Shown here: positions 23,092-32,000 of the stretch, piece after piece
How positions within the stretch are numbered: the stretch's first letter is position 1
Layout of the letters: each line of letters starts with the position of its first letter
From: Acaryochloris marina MBIC11017
GTDB taxonomy: Bacteria; Cyanobacteriota; Cyanobacteriia; Thermosynechococcales; Thermosynechococcaceae
DNA length: 32,000 nucleotides
Assembly (NCBI RefSeq): GCF_000018105.1
Contig: NC_009932.1
Coordinates: 90,001-122,000 of the forward strand
Direction: 5' to 3'
Program-made: the position numbers and the translations under genes
Notes under the pieces: model-generated
What the model was told of the DNA's origin: nothing
Seen by the model: only the letters and a program-made list of their open reading frames with translations
Database searches by the model: none

Positions 23092-24828
23092 GTGCCTAAC
23101 AAAAGAATTGATTCCTATCATACTCGTGTTTATATGAACGGAAGAGACCTCGGCTTGAAACAAGCTGATGCAGCTTACATTGCCGAAATATCTACAAGAA
23201 CCGGACAACGAATTGAGGCCGGCACCCATCAACCTAATCGCGGCCGCCTTCAGGACCAACGCACCGTTCCCGACCCCTTAGCTGATGTGTGGGAAGACGA
23301 GCTAGAACCAATGCTGCGTCGAGACCCACGCCTCAAACCCATGACCCTGTATGAGTACCTGCAGGATAAGTATCCAGGCCAGTATCCCCAAGTCCTGCGG
23401 ACCCTACAACGTCGGGTGAGAACGTGGAAAGCCTTACATGGACCAAGCCCTGAAGTGATGTTTGAATTGCGTCATGAACCCGGGGTACAAGGGTTTTCCG
23501 ACTTTACAGAACTCAAGGGCATCACGATTACCATTGCCGGCAAACCCTTTGAGCACCTGATTTACCATTACCGTCTGGGATACAGCGGCTGGCGATATGC
23601 CCAGATCATCGAAGGAGGCGAAAGCTTTGTCGCCCTCTCAGAAGGATTGCAAAATGCCTTTGCAGCCTGTGGAGGTGTTCCTACACAGCATCGTACTGAT
23701 AGTTTGAGTGCAGCCTATCGCAACATGGGCGGCCGCCGGTCCAAAAACCTCACTCGTCTGTACGACGAACTGTGTGACCACTATCGGCTAGAACCCACTC
23801 GTAACAACAAAGGTGTAGCCCATGAGAATGGCTCCATTGAATCTCCCCATGGTCATCTGAAGAACCGAATTAAGCAGGCGATCTATCTGCGCGGCAGTGC
23901 AGATTTTACGAGCGTTGCTGAGTATCAAGCCTTAATTGATGCACAGGTTGCCAAGTTGAATCAGCAGTGCCAAACCAAGTATGAGCAAGAGAAAGACCAT
24001 CTACAACCACTGCCCAAATATCGAACCCCTGACTATGAAGTGCTCACGGCTAAAGTCAGCAAACGCAGCACCATCGATGTTCGCTGCATTCTATACACCG
24101 TCCCTTCTCGACTGATTGGTCGTCAATTGGAACTGCATCTATACCATGACCGGATTGTCGGCTATCTGGAGCGACACCCGGTGGTGGAATTGCCGAGGAA
24201 GCGCGTCAGTGGCAAAGGCAAACGTCGCGACCGTTGCATCAACTATCGCCATGTTATTGGTTCAATGCGATTGAAGCCTCGTGCTTTTATCTATTGCACC
24301 TGGCAATCAGACCTACTTCCCAATCCTGAATACCGCCAAATCTGGGAACAGCTCAAAGCCCAATTTGACCTGGAGCAGGCTGCCAAGATCATCGTGGAAG
24401 CCCTGTATATTGCTGCGGTTCAAGATAAAGAACAGGCCGTAGCAGTGTACTTACAGCAGCAGCTTCGCTCATCCAGCCTTACCCTCAATCGCCTGAAAAA
24501 ACAGTTTGAGCCGCCTCAGATGAAGCAGGTTCCTGAACTCAGCATTGAACAACATTCACTTGAACTTTATGACAAACTCCTCCCCTCCTGCTCAGTCCCC
24601 GCTGAGCCCCTACCAGCACCTGAGCCTCTATTTAAAAAAGCTCAGGCTCTCCCACATGTTGACCCATTGGGAATCTATCGAATCCCAAGCCATGCAGGAA
24701 AACTGGTCTTATGCGGAATTCTTACTAGCCTTGTGCGAAACGGAGGCCCAACGAAGAGAACAAGCTCGTCTAAAACGTGCCCTCACCGAAGCCAGGCTCC
24801 CAAACGCAAAAAGTTTTACCAACTTTGA
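23092..24828 (+). CDS. istA: IS21-family transposase IstA (HTH plus DDE/rve core)
   Basis: It has an integrase-core-like region (...FSDFTEL...HRTDSLSAAYRN...NKGVAHENGSIESPHGHLK) and the IstA-typical C-terminal ...LELYDKLL. The ORF then stays open for about 75 more codons, overlapping istB. Confidence 0.8.
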   Translation: MPNKRIDSYHTRVYMNGRDLGLKQADAAYIAEISTRTGQRIEAGTHQPNRGRLQDQRTVPDPLADVWEDELEPMLRRDPRLKPMTLYEYLQDKYPGQYPQVLRTLQRRVRTWKALHGPSPEVMFELRHEPGVQGFSDFTELKGITITIAGKPFEHLIYHYRLGYSGWRYAQIIEGGESFVALSEGLQNAFAACGGVPTQHRTDSLSAAYRNMGGRRSKNLTRLYDELCDHYRLEPTRNNKGVAHENGSIESPHGHLKNRIKQAIYLRGSADFTSVAEYQALIDAQVAKLNQQCQTKYEQEKDHLQPLPKYRTPDYEVLTAKVSKRSTIDVRCILYTVPSRLIGRQLELHLYHDRIVGYLERHPVVELPRKRVSGKGKRRDRCINYRHVIGSMRLKPRAFIYCTWQSDLLPNPEYRQIWEQLKAQFDLEQAAKIIVEALYIAAVQDKEQAVAVYLQQQLRSSSLTLNRLKKQFEPPQMKQVPELSIEQHSLELYDKLLPSCSVPAEPLPAPEPLFKKAQALPHVDPLGIYRIPSHAGKLVLCGILTSLVRNGGPTKRTSSSKTCPHRSQAPKRKKFYQL

Positions 24829-25387
24829 CTTTAGCCATTGTCCCCAGCTCAATCCAGCTCCCTTGATGCAATTAGCCGCAGATCCGGGTTGGTTGGAGCG
24901 CGCCGAGAATTGCCTTATTCTGGGGCCCTCGGGTGTTGGAAAAACACATCTGGCCACTGGGGTGTCCAAAAAGATGCTGGAATTCGGTAAGCGGGTGAAG
25001 TTCTTTGCAGCCAACGCATTGGTCCAGCAACTGCAACAGGCGAAGCTCCAACTGCAGCTGCATCCAATGCTCAAAAAACTGGACCGCTATGATCTGTTGA
25101 TCTTGGATGACTTGGGCTATTGCAAAAAGTCGGAAGCGGAAACGTCCGTTCTGTTTGAATTAATTGCGCATCGCTATGAACGAAAAAGTTTGTTGATTAC
25201 AGCGAATCAACCCTTCAGCCAATGGGATGACATTTTCACTGATTCGATGATGGCGGTGGCTGCCATTGATCGCTTAATTCATCATGGCTTGATTATCGAA
25301 ATTCAAGCCGATAGTTATCGGCGCAAATCAGCGACTCAGAGAACGGCTCAAACTCAGTCTCAACCTCAAAAATCCCAGTCCAAATAA
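24545..25387 (+). CDS. istB: IS21-family helper ATPase IstB (AAA+/DnaC-like)
   Basis: Motifs are LKKLRLSHM..., FDF, Walker A GPSGVGKTHLA, Walker B LLILDDLGY, and LITANQPFSQW. The real start is probably ATG 24572 (MTNSSPP). Confidence 0.85.
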   Translation: MNNIHLNFMTNSSPPAQSPLSPYQHLSLYLKKLRLSHMLTHWESIESQAMQENWSYAEFLLALCETEAQRREQARLKRALTEARLPNAKSFTNFDFSHCPQLNPAPLMQLAADPGWLERAENCLILGPSGVGKTHLATGVSKKMLEFGKRVKFFAANALVQQLQQAKLQLQLHPMLKKLDRYDLLILDDLGYCKKSEAETSVLFELIAHRYERKSLLITANQPFSQWDDIFTDSMMAVAAIDRLIHHGLIIEIQADSYRRKSATQRTAQTQSQPQKSQSK

Positions 25388-25976
25388 TCGAGCGATCACT
25401 GGTTGTCATTTCGATCACGGGTTGTCGTTTTGTTCTGAAGGTATCGTATGAGGTCTGAAAAAGAGCTAACGCAAAGGGAGTGTACGCCAAATAATACGGT
25501 TCAAATTTGGGGGTTGATCCGCCTTGTGGTTGTCGCGACATCGCCTATGGGGTTGACATCCAATATCAGATAGTTGAACCAGGAGTCACCGCGCAGAATA
25601 CGATAATCATCTGAGATAATCTACCCTTGCTTATTGACGGCGATGACTTCATCTGAGCGCATAGTCAAGAGCTTGCAAGAATTTAAAAACATCACCAACA
25701 TAAGCACTGTCATCCTCGTGAATTCGGAGAGCAATTCCTTAGGATATTTCAGTCGTTCTAAGCATTGAGAGAATGTGATTACTCAAGCAGGGCTGATACC
25801 ACGATAAGGTCATTATTTACTAATATCAAGGAATTTAGGAATTTTTAGGTCAATATCTGTTGTGAGATTGAGGGTTCGCTTCTGGGTTGAGATCGAAAAA
25901 CCATTCTTTAACAGGTGCAATGAAATCTTGGATACAACCTCCACAATGCAGCTATGTTTTGTAAAATAGATTCCAA

Positions 25977-27282
25977 CCTTATTGGTGCAGAAAAGTCGTG
26001 AACACCATGCTAGGGAAGGATTACTAAGCCATTAGAGGGATGGAGTGAGACCTACAATGTGAGGCTTAATTACCTCACTTTCCTTCAAGCACATGTCAAC
26101 TCCTCTGCTGTACCGTCAACTGCAAACTCAACTGAGCCAATGGATCAGTCCCAAGGATCATCGTCACCTGACGGTCTTTTCTGAAAATATTGCCGCGATT
26201 CTACAAGCCCAGAGTGGCTGCATGAGCCATTGGCTGTCGTACTTGAGTCATCGGTCCTGCCAAGCTCGTAGTCAGATGGAACGCCTGAGCTATTTTCTTC
26301 ATAATCCCAGAATCCTCTCAGAGACTTTCTATGCACCATTACTCAAGCAATTTCTTCATGCTTGGGAAGGAATGTCAATGACATTAACCCTAGATACGAG
26401 CATGCTTTGGGACACCTATTGCTTGATAGAGGTCTGTTTAGCGTGGGGTGGACGTTCGTTCCCGTTAGCTCAAAAAGTCATGGAACATGGTAGTGCCACG
26501 GTTGCTTTTGTAGACTATTGCAGTGTTTTATCGATGACTCAAGGGGTGTTACCTCCTCGTTGCCACATCACGTTATTGGCAGACCGAGGCTTTGAGCACG
26601 GTGAGTTGATTCGCTGGCTCCGCTCATCTGAGTGGTCTTGGGCCATTCGAGCCAAATCTGATTTGCAGATTACCTTAGCTAATGGTCGCAGTAAACCAGT
26701 ATCCAAGCTACTCCCTGAAGTTGAGCAAGCGTCACTCTTTCGGGATGTCATGATCCTTGAGGATATTCACTGTCACTTGGCCACAGCTTCAGTCTCCACA
26801 ACACAGGAGGCTTGGGCGGTGATTACGGATACGCCGCCGTCATTGCAAACCTTTGCCGTTTATGGGCAACGCTTTGGCGGGATTGAACCCCATTTCAAGG
26901 ATTATAAGTCGGCAGCGTTTGAGGTACCTCGCTCTCACATCAGAGATACTGCAGCCTTAGAACGCTTACTGATGTTACTCGCTGCTGCAACTCTCATCGC
27001 GATCTCTGTAGCCTTTCAGGTGATCGCTCAAGATGCGCTCAAAACCATTGATTGGCATACTCACAGGGGATTAAGCTTTCTGCAAATCGGTTTGCGGCAG
27101 ATCAATCAGCTTTGCTACCTAAGATTACCCCTACCCCCGTTAGCAATGTTGCCCCGACAAAATCCGCCTCCTGCTTATGCCTCCCTAAAGAAACGAGCTG
27201 CTATGAAGACTTGCATTGAATTCGCTAAGGTAACTGTTATTTAAGCTTTTCAGCCTACTCAAAGTTTTCTGCACCACTAAGG
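25977..27282 (+). mobile_element. IS4-family insertion sequence with terminal inverted repeats and an intact target-site duplication
   Basis: IR-L is CCTTATTGGTGCAGAAAAGT (25977-25996). The reverse complement of IR-R is CCTTAGTGGTGCAGAAAACT (27263-27282), giving 18/20 identity. It is flanked by the direct repeat ATTCCAA(C) at 25970-25976 and 27283-27289. Confidence 0.85.
26093..27244 (+). CDS. IS4-family DDE transposase
   Basis: DDE-type blocks are LTLDTS..., LLADRGF, and the YREK-like YGQRFGGIEPHFKDYK. The gene lies between the inverted repeats. Confidence 0.85.
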   Translation: MSTPLLYRQLQTQLSQWISPKDHRHLTVFSENIAAILQAQSGCMSHWLSYLSHRSCQARSQMERLSYFLHNPRILSETFYAPLLKQFLHAWEGMSMTLTLDTSMLWDTYCLIEVCLAWGGRSFPLAQKVMEHGSATVAFVDYCSVLSMTQGVLPPRCHITLLADRGFEHGELIRWLRSSEWSWAIRAKSDLQITLANGRSKPVSKLLPEVEQASLFRDVMILEDIHCHLATASVSTTQEAWAVITDTPPSLQTFAVYGQRFGGIEPHFKDYKSAAFEVPRSHIRDTAALERLLMLLAAATLIAISVAFQVIAQDALKTIDWHTHRGLSFLQIGLRQINQLCYLRLPLPPLAMLPRQNPPPAYASLKKRAAMKTCIEFAKVTVI

Positions 27283-27361
27283 ATTCCAACTATTATCAGA
27301 CCTAAGTGAGCTTGAGTTTACATCAAGGCTTCAATCCAGTTAAGGTTTATCAAAATACATT

Positions 27362-28252
27362 TTAGACTCTGCTACAGGCATAACCTAATCGCTCCATCAT
27401 TGGTTCAATATAAGGAGTAATCCGACGGATTTTATTTGGATATTTTTTTCTCCATTTATCTTTTTGGGGAGGTGAAATAGTAGTACGGCTATGCGGATTG
27501 GAATTGAGATAGTTGATACAGTCAGCGGAGATAGTAAGTCCCGTATTTTTAGAGATAGCTTCTAGGACGGTTCTAGGATTTTCAATAAAGTTTTCATACC
27601 GTATTCTCATGTAGTTTGAAGACTTTTCTCTCTCAAATTCCTCCAAAACCACGCGATTATGCTCCACCCAGCTCCACGCACAAATCTCCTCTATAGAGTG
27701 TTTAACCTGAGATTGCCAATTTGGAGGCATCGGATATGACCAATGTTGGATCTTATTGCTATCACTGCTAGGCAAGTCAGCATTAACATTCACAATTTTT
27801 TCCCACCCTTCAATCATGGAAGATACATTTGCTCTACCATCCCTGACTAAATGGATATAGAAAGCATCAGGAAACATGCGTTTCAAGGCTTCCAAATGGA
27901 AACAATTTGCAATTGTCTTTTCTAGATAAGAATAGATTTGTCTTCTAAGAATAAAGTGATTAATGAGGATATTAGGTCTAAAAGTGTGGCGGTCATACAC
28001 TAACTTCAAAGCAAAGAATGTTCTTAGCTTCATTAAATTTCCAGAAGTACATTCCTTGGCGGATATATATTCCGACTGAGATACCAATTTTTTTGGCGGA
28101 AATACTCTTAGCCATAGTGGTGTATTTTCACGATCCAGCGAAATAGGTTCTTGCATGCGTCTTATCGTCTCAAATAGATTAGTTGAGCCGGATCGAGGCG
28201 CTGCTAAAATAAAGATAGGTCTAACAAATTGAGGGCAAATGAACTTAAGCAT
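27362..28252 (-). CDS. PAPS-dependent sulfotransferase family protein
   Basis: The 5'-PSB loop is ILAAPRSGSTNLFE and the 3'-PB-like motif is HLVRDGRANVSSM. ATG 28252 (MLKFICPQ) is preferred over the track's TTG 28264. Confidence 0.75.
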   Translation of the reverse strand: MLKFICPQFVRPIFILAAPRSGSTNLFETIRRMQEPISLDRENTPLWLRVFPPKKLVSQSEYISAKECTSGNLMKLRTFFALKLVYDRHTFRPNILINHFILRRQIYSYLEKTIANCFHLEALKRMFPDAFYIHLVRDGRANVSSMIEGWEKIVNVNADLPSSDSNKIQHWSYPMPPNWQSQVKHSIEEICAWSWVEHNRVVLEEFEREKSSNYMRIRYENFIENPRTVLEAISKNTGLTISADCINYLNSNPHSRTTISPPQKDKWRKKYPNKIRRITPYIEPMMERLGYACSRV

Positions 28253-28651
28253 TTTAAAAAGCAAGGATGTGAATTCAGCTATATAAATTTCAGCAGCAAA
28301 AGCTGCTGAAACTCCCTTTTTACCCCAAGGGAATCAGCTTTTGTCTAAATATTGTAATCGATTATACCTTTTTTGAAGGAAAAAACAAGTTAGTAGATGT
28401 CTTTAGTTATTTTTTCTTTACTTGAGTGCCTCTCCGGTGAGTAAGTTCAGGATGGTAGAGTTTATCAATTCCATAATTAGCCAGTATCAAAGAGGCTATT
28501 TGAGAATTTTTAGTATTCTTCACCTACCTATCTGGATCAGGTAATAGAATGGCTAACACTGTAACAATCGAAGACTGCAGAAATTTGGGTCGTGCATCAA
28601 CAAAGTGTGGGTTTGCTAAACCATTAGAGAGTTGAGTTATCCTATGCCTTG

Positions 28652-29029
28652 ATGCAATGTCCTCTATGTGGTCATCCAAAGACCCACAAACACGGTAAAA
28701 CCAGTAAAGGCAGCCAACGTTACCGTTGCCCCCACTGCCAGCAAACCTTCAGTGAGACCTTTGATACCCTCTATTATCGCCGTCAGATTTCTCCTCAAAC
28801 CATCCAGACCATCCTTCAATCTCATGTTGAAGGCATTAGTCTGAGGGGCCTATCTCGCATCACAGGTGTGGCGTATAACACCTGTGTGAGCGTGGTTCGT
28901 TCAGCAAGCCATAAAGCCCAAATGATTCACAATCAAGACGTTCAGGCTGTTTCGACTGACGTCATCAATGCAGATGAGTTGTGGTCTTTTGTCAAAAAAA
29001 GCAAAAGCACTGTGAACCGGAAGAATTGA
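28652..29029 (+). CDS. insA: IS1-family InsA (zinc finger plus HTH)
   Basis: It has CPLCGHPKTHKHG...YRCPHCQQTF and the HTH-like GISLRGLSRITGVAYNTC. It ends shortly after the A7 run. Confidence 0.8.
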   Translation: MQCPLCGHPKTHKHGKTSKGSQRYRCPHCQQTFSETFDTLYYRRQISPQTIQTILQSHVEGISLRGLSRITGVAYNTCVSVVRSASHKAQMIHNQDVQAVSTDVINADELWSFVKKSKSTVNRKN

Positions 29030-29481
29030 GTGTAGGCGATTGCTGGATAGCGTTGAGTCTTGCCAAAGATAGTGGCTTGGTGCTCAGTGGTCGCATTGGC
29101 AAACATACCGACGAACTCGCTCAAGAATTAATTGAGAATACTGAAGGCAAAACCGCCTGTCACCATTGGCAAACTGATGGCTGGGAAGGGTATTCACGAC
29201 AATTCCCCGATGAGGTGATTCATCAAGTGAGTAAAGCCTTGACCCAAAGGTTAGAGCGGACCAATGGCATACTACGTCAACAGACCGGGCGCTGGCATCG
29301 ACGACAGAATAAATTTGGCAAAGTCTGGCAACAGAGTGCAGTGACGTTAAGACTGGTGCTGGCTTATTTCAACTGGATCTGGCGCCACTCTCGATTCAAA
29401 AATACGGCTGCCCAACGTGCTGGATTGACGGAGCATCCTTGGGAATGGCAAAATTTAGCCACCTATCCCACACTTTGTTGA
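28981..29481 (+). CDS. insB: IS1-family InsB' frame, expressed as an InsAB' fusion by -1 frameshift
   Basis: A -1 slip on A7 (28994-29000) joins ...DELWSFVKK to KQKHCEPEELSVGDCWIALSLAKDSG...WQTDGWEGY..., which is a DDE-type IS1 catalytic region. The ORF has no independent start signal. Confidence 0.75.
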   Translation: MVFCQKKQKHCEPEELSVGDCWIALSLAKDSGLVLSGRIGKHTDELAQELIENTEGKTACHHWQTDGWEGYSRQFPDEVIHQVSKALTQRLERTNGILRQQTGRWHRRQNKFGKVWQQSAVTLRLVLAYFNWIWRHSRFKNTAAQRAGLTEHPWEWQNLATYPTLC

Positions 29482-29488
29482 TGCACAA

Positions 29489-30538
29489 TCAATTTTGTCT
29501 AGACTGCTCGGCTTCTACTATTTCCTGAAAAATGTTGTCCAGACTACGGGTGATTCCCCAATCAGGGAAATGAGACTTTAGCTTGCTCAAGTCCGAAATA
29601 TAGCAAAGGTGATCACCTATCCTATTGGTCTCAACATATTCCCACTGAACTTTTTGGCCAGTGATAGCTTCAACCCGATCAAATGCTTCCAGGACAGAAA
29701 CACTATTGTCACGTCCACCTCCCAAGTTATAGACTTCACCGGGCCTAGGATTTTTGCGATATGCCTCGAAGGCTTGAATTACATCGTAGCTGTGAATATT
29801 ATCTCGAACCTGCTTGCCCTGATAACCAAACACCTTATAGGTTCGTCCGCTGACAGCAACCTTCACCAGATAGGATAAGAAACCATGTAACTCTACCCCT
29901 GAATGAGACGGGCCAGTCAGGCAGCCACCCCTGAAAATCCCCACTTTCATGCCGAAGTACCGACCATATTCTTGGGCAACAATATCCGCCGCAGCCTTAG
30001 ATGCACCAAACAGAGAATGTAAACAGCGATCGACCCGACAAGTTTCTGGAATACCATTATGATCTTCTGGATTTGCATAGTCATACCGCTTCTCCAGTTC
30101 AATGCGTGGCACCTCATTGGGGGCATCCCCATAAACTTTATTTGTACTCATATGAATGAACACAGCCTCTGGGGAGAACTGACGGGTAGCCTCTAAAAGG
30201 TTAACAGTCCCTAATGCATTCACCTCAAAGTCAAGCAAAGGAATTTGACAGGCTTTATCATGAGATGGCTGAGCTGCACAGTGAATGATTAAATCGAATT
30301 TTTCTGCTTCAAATAATTCAAAAATACTTTGGCGATCACGAATATCGATACTGTGATGAGAAAAGTTCTGAGTACCCTCTTTAAGACGACTTAGATTCCA
30401 AAGCGTATCGCCTTGCGCACCAAAAAATTCGGCGCGCATATTGTTGTCAACTCCGAACACTTGACAGCCTTCGTGGTCATAATACTCAACTGCCTCTGAA
30501 CCAATAAGTCCACTAGAACCCGTAACTAATACCTTCAC
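29489..30538 (-). CDS. extended-SDR NAD-dependent sugar epimerase/dehydratase, CDP-paratose/tyvelose 2-epimerase-like
   Basis: The Rossmann motif is [12 protein letters not shown]. It also has MSTNKVYGD and a GKQVRDNIH block. The expected YxxxK reads FGASK (see findings). Confidence 0.85.
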   Translation of the reverse strand: MKVLVTGSSGLIGSEAVEYYDHEGCQVFGVDNNMRAEFFGAQGDTLWNLSRLKEGTQNFSHHSIDIRDRQSIFELFEAEKFDLIIHCAAQPSHDKACQIPLLDFEVNALGTVNLLEATRQFSPEAVFIHMSTNKVYGDAPNEVPRIELEKRYDYANPEDHNGIPETCRVDRCLHSLFGASKAAADIVAQEYGRYFGMKVGIFRGGCLTGPSHSGVELHGFLSYLVKVAVSGRTYKVFGYQGKQVRDNIHSYDVIQAFEAYRKNPRPGEVYNLGGGRDNSVSVLEAFDRVEAITGQKVQWEYVETNRIGDHLCYISDLSKLKSHFPDWGITRSLDNIFQEIVEAEQSRQN

Positions 30539-30580
30539 ACAAACCTCCTATCACTCATCAAAAAAAACATTCAGAAAACT

Positions 30581-31837
30581 TTAAACAACAGCTGGCAACA
30601 CATTTGCTTCATTCAAAATTTCTGAAAAAACCGTGCGAATTTGTTCAATTGAATGCAACCGATAATAGCCTTCAAAGTCAGGATTTAGCTCACTCAAAGC
30701 CTGATCAGAGCAATCGCAAAGATAGCGCAACGCGTCAATACACCTCGCCACATCTCCTTCGGGCATGGTTACACCTAACCTAAATTTTTCAATCCGAGCC
30801 GCCATACAATAACCTTCACTGACAATGATCGGCTTTTTGAAGAGGGCTGCTTTTGTTAATAAGTTACTGCTGTAGGGGAAATTTTCATAGGCTGCGAATA
30901 AAACATCGCAGGTATCAATCATGCTATTAAAAGCATAACCATCTGGAACAAATTCAAAGTGAAAATAGCAGTTAGAGGGCGGTTCATCTCGCATTTTTTT
31001 GATCTGCTGAAATTCATCTCCAAACCGCTGATCAAAGTCTTGATGAAACATCGTTTCATCAAGTGCGCCCGCAAACACAAAAAACCAGTTTTCCTGAACC
31101 GACTGTCGCGCCACTTCCAGTAGAGTTAGGATCCCCTTGCGCTTGCTTAATGCACCAATGAGTCCGACAATCTTACGATCTCCTGCCTTTTGGCGAATTT
31201 CCTTGATCAGCTCATAGTCAGTCTGAGGTTGCGTTTCATCCGTAATGTCGGGGAAAGCAACCACAGTTTTTCCTAAATCCTCCTGTATATCATCCACCAG
31301 CTCTTCATTGAGCATTGCCAGAGCGTAACACCGGGGAGATCGGGCGATCGCATAGTGGGCTAAGGGTTTGCTAAGTCCCTTTAGGGAGCGTTGCCCAAAT
31401 CTCAAAATGCCTGGACGAAAATAAAGTCCAGCCCAATTGTAAGGAAATACCGCATCAATAATGTGGTGTACTAAGTAGTAGCTGAGGTAGTTGTCAAGCC
31501 AGTTAAAAAAAACGTAGTCAGGAGAGTGACCGATCTCTTCTGAAGCATTACGGATAGACTTTGCTAAGTGCTGCCACCTTTCAATCACCGCAATGGGTCC
31601 GGGAACAGTGCCTAACACTGGAACTCGCCGCCGCTTATGCTTATGCATCTCGAAGGTCCATAGACGATCACGATAGGCTGGGCAGTGCTCTTCAATCCAA
31701 TCGGTAAGATCTACAGGTCTAGGATAAAAAGCCATCACCTGATACTGCTGCTCAAGTAAAGTTTTACTGAATAACCTCAAATAAGTAAGGTGATGACCGT
31801 TTCCAGAATTAGTTTCAATTAACGCAATTGTTTTCAT
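30581..31837 (-). CDS. GT-B fold glycosyltransferase candidate
   Basis: The size and C-terminal pattern fit: GLIGALSKRKGILTLLEVA...FVFAGAL...ENFPYSSNLLTKAALFKKPIIVSEGY...G. ATG 31837 (MKTIALIE) is preferred over the track's upstream non-ATG start. Confidence 0.6.
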   Translation of the reverse strand: MKTIALIETNSGNGHHLTYLRLFSKTLLEQQYQVMAFYPRPVDLTDWIEEHCPAYRDRLWTFEMHKHKRRRVPVLGTVPGPIAVIERWQHLAKSIRNASEEIGHSPDYVFFNWLDNYLSYYLVHHIIDAVFPYNWAGLYFRPGILRFGQRSLKGLSKPLAHYAIARSPRCYALAMLNEELVDDIQEDLGKTVVAFPDITDETQPQTDYELIKEIRQKAGDRKIVGLIGALSKRKGILTLLEVARQSVQENWFFVFAGALDETMFHQDFDQRFGDEFQQIKKMRDEPPSNCYFHFEFVPDGYAFNSMIDTCDVLFAAYENFPYSSNLLTKAALFKKPIIVSEGYCMAARIEKFRLGVTMPEGDVARCIDALRYLCDCSDQALSELNPDFEGYYRLHSIEQIRTVFSEILNEANVLPAVV

Positions 31838-32000
31838 AATTAATAAATAGGCTCTAAGGTGTCGCCATCGGAGAGGAGTTGCCAGAGACAACAACCTTCA
31901 ATGGTCAATTGACGGCCAATCAGTGCGATTGCATTTAAGTAAAATTCAATGAAATATAATACAGACAGCGTTGATATTACATTAAAGGCTCATGTTGAGG

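Larger units (their letters stand above)
22900..25540 (+). mobile_element. IS21-family insertion sequence (istA-istB); ends only approximately placed
   Basis: The istA/istB gene pair is present. The right end has three GGTTGTC-containing repeats (about 25402, 25420, 25526) and ends ...TGTCGCGACA at 25540. The left side has mirrored ACGACAATC / AATGACGATGTC repeats at 22903-22937. The outer left terminus could lie anywhere from about 22780 to 22935, and no target duplication was found. Confidence 0.6.
28592..29486 (+). mobile_element. IS1-family insertion sequence with perfect 20-bp terminal inverted repeats
   Basis: GTGCATCAACAAAGTGTGGG (28592-28611) is the exact reverse complement of CCCACACTTTGTTGATGCAC (29467-29486). 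The element contains insA/insB-type ORFs and an A7 slippery run. No clear target duplication was seen. Confidence 0.85.

Noticed and set aside
24545-24828. istA reading frame stays open for 284 nt into istB
   Set aside because: It could reflect loss of the ancestral istA stop near the ...LELYDKLL end, since the extension is Ser/Arg/Pro/Lys-rich and looks off-frame. However, IS21-family istA/istB overlaps vary, and I cannot distinguish natural overlap from mutation without reference copies.
25293-25541. 82-aa minus-strand ORF at the right end of the IS21-family element
   Set aside because: It overlaps the istB 3' end and the terminal repeat region, and it has no support beyond being open.

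Overview
The window looks like a cyanobacterial plasmid- or ICE-like accessory region. Supporting signs are HIP1 GCGATCGC palindromes, a clear psbU, and a 4-Cys-prefixed Ser/Thr kinase.

Layout:
- 0-8 kb: two tandem small secreted Cys-peptide genes, a 507-aa unknown protein, a stand-alone integrase-SAM-like protein, and a 1309-aa MOBF/TrwC-type relaxase fused to a RecD-like helicase and a C-terminal Toprim-like domain.
- 8-12.5 kb: a receptor-like Ser/Thr kinase with an external PstS-type phosphate-binding domain, then a ParM/ParR-type actin-like partition locus preceded by two kinds of phased repeats.
- 12.5-18.5 kb: a run of + strand hypothetical genes, including a translationally coupled micro-ORF pair and an HRD-less kinase-like protein. 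These genes are separated by a recurring, strand-specific intergenic cassette (hairpin plus conserved boxes) and a 73-bp tandem repeat.
- 18.5-22 kb: about 1.3 kb of AT-rich ORF-free DNA, then psbU and a lumenal TLP40-like cyclophilin.
- 22.4-32 kb: an RHH protein, three different insertion sequences (IS21-, IS4- and IS1-family), and a sulfotransferase / SDR epimerase / glycosyltransferase glycan locus.

The most unusual signals are the repeated intergenic cassette family, the two-tier repeat array upstream of parM, a conserved leader shared by parM and the 507-aa ORF, the micro-ORF pair, and the kinase architectures. All functional calls rest on motif recognition by eye. No database search or computation was run.
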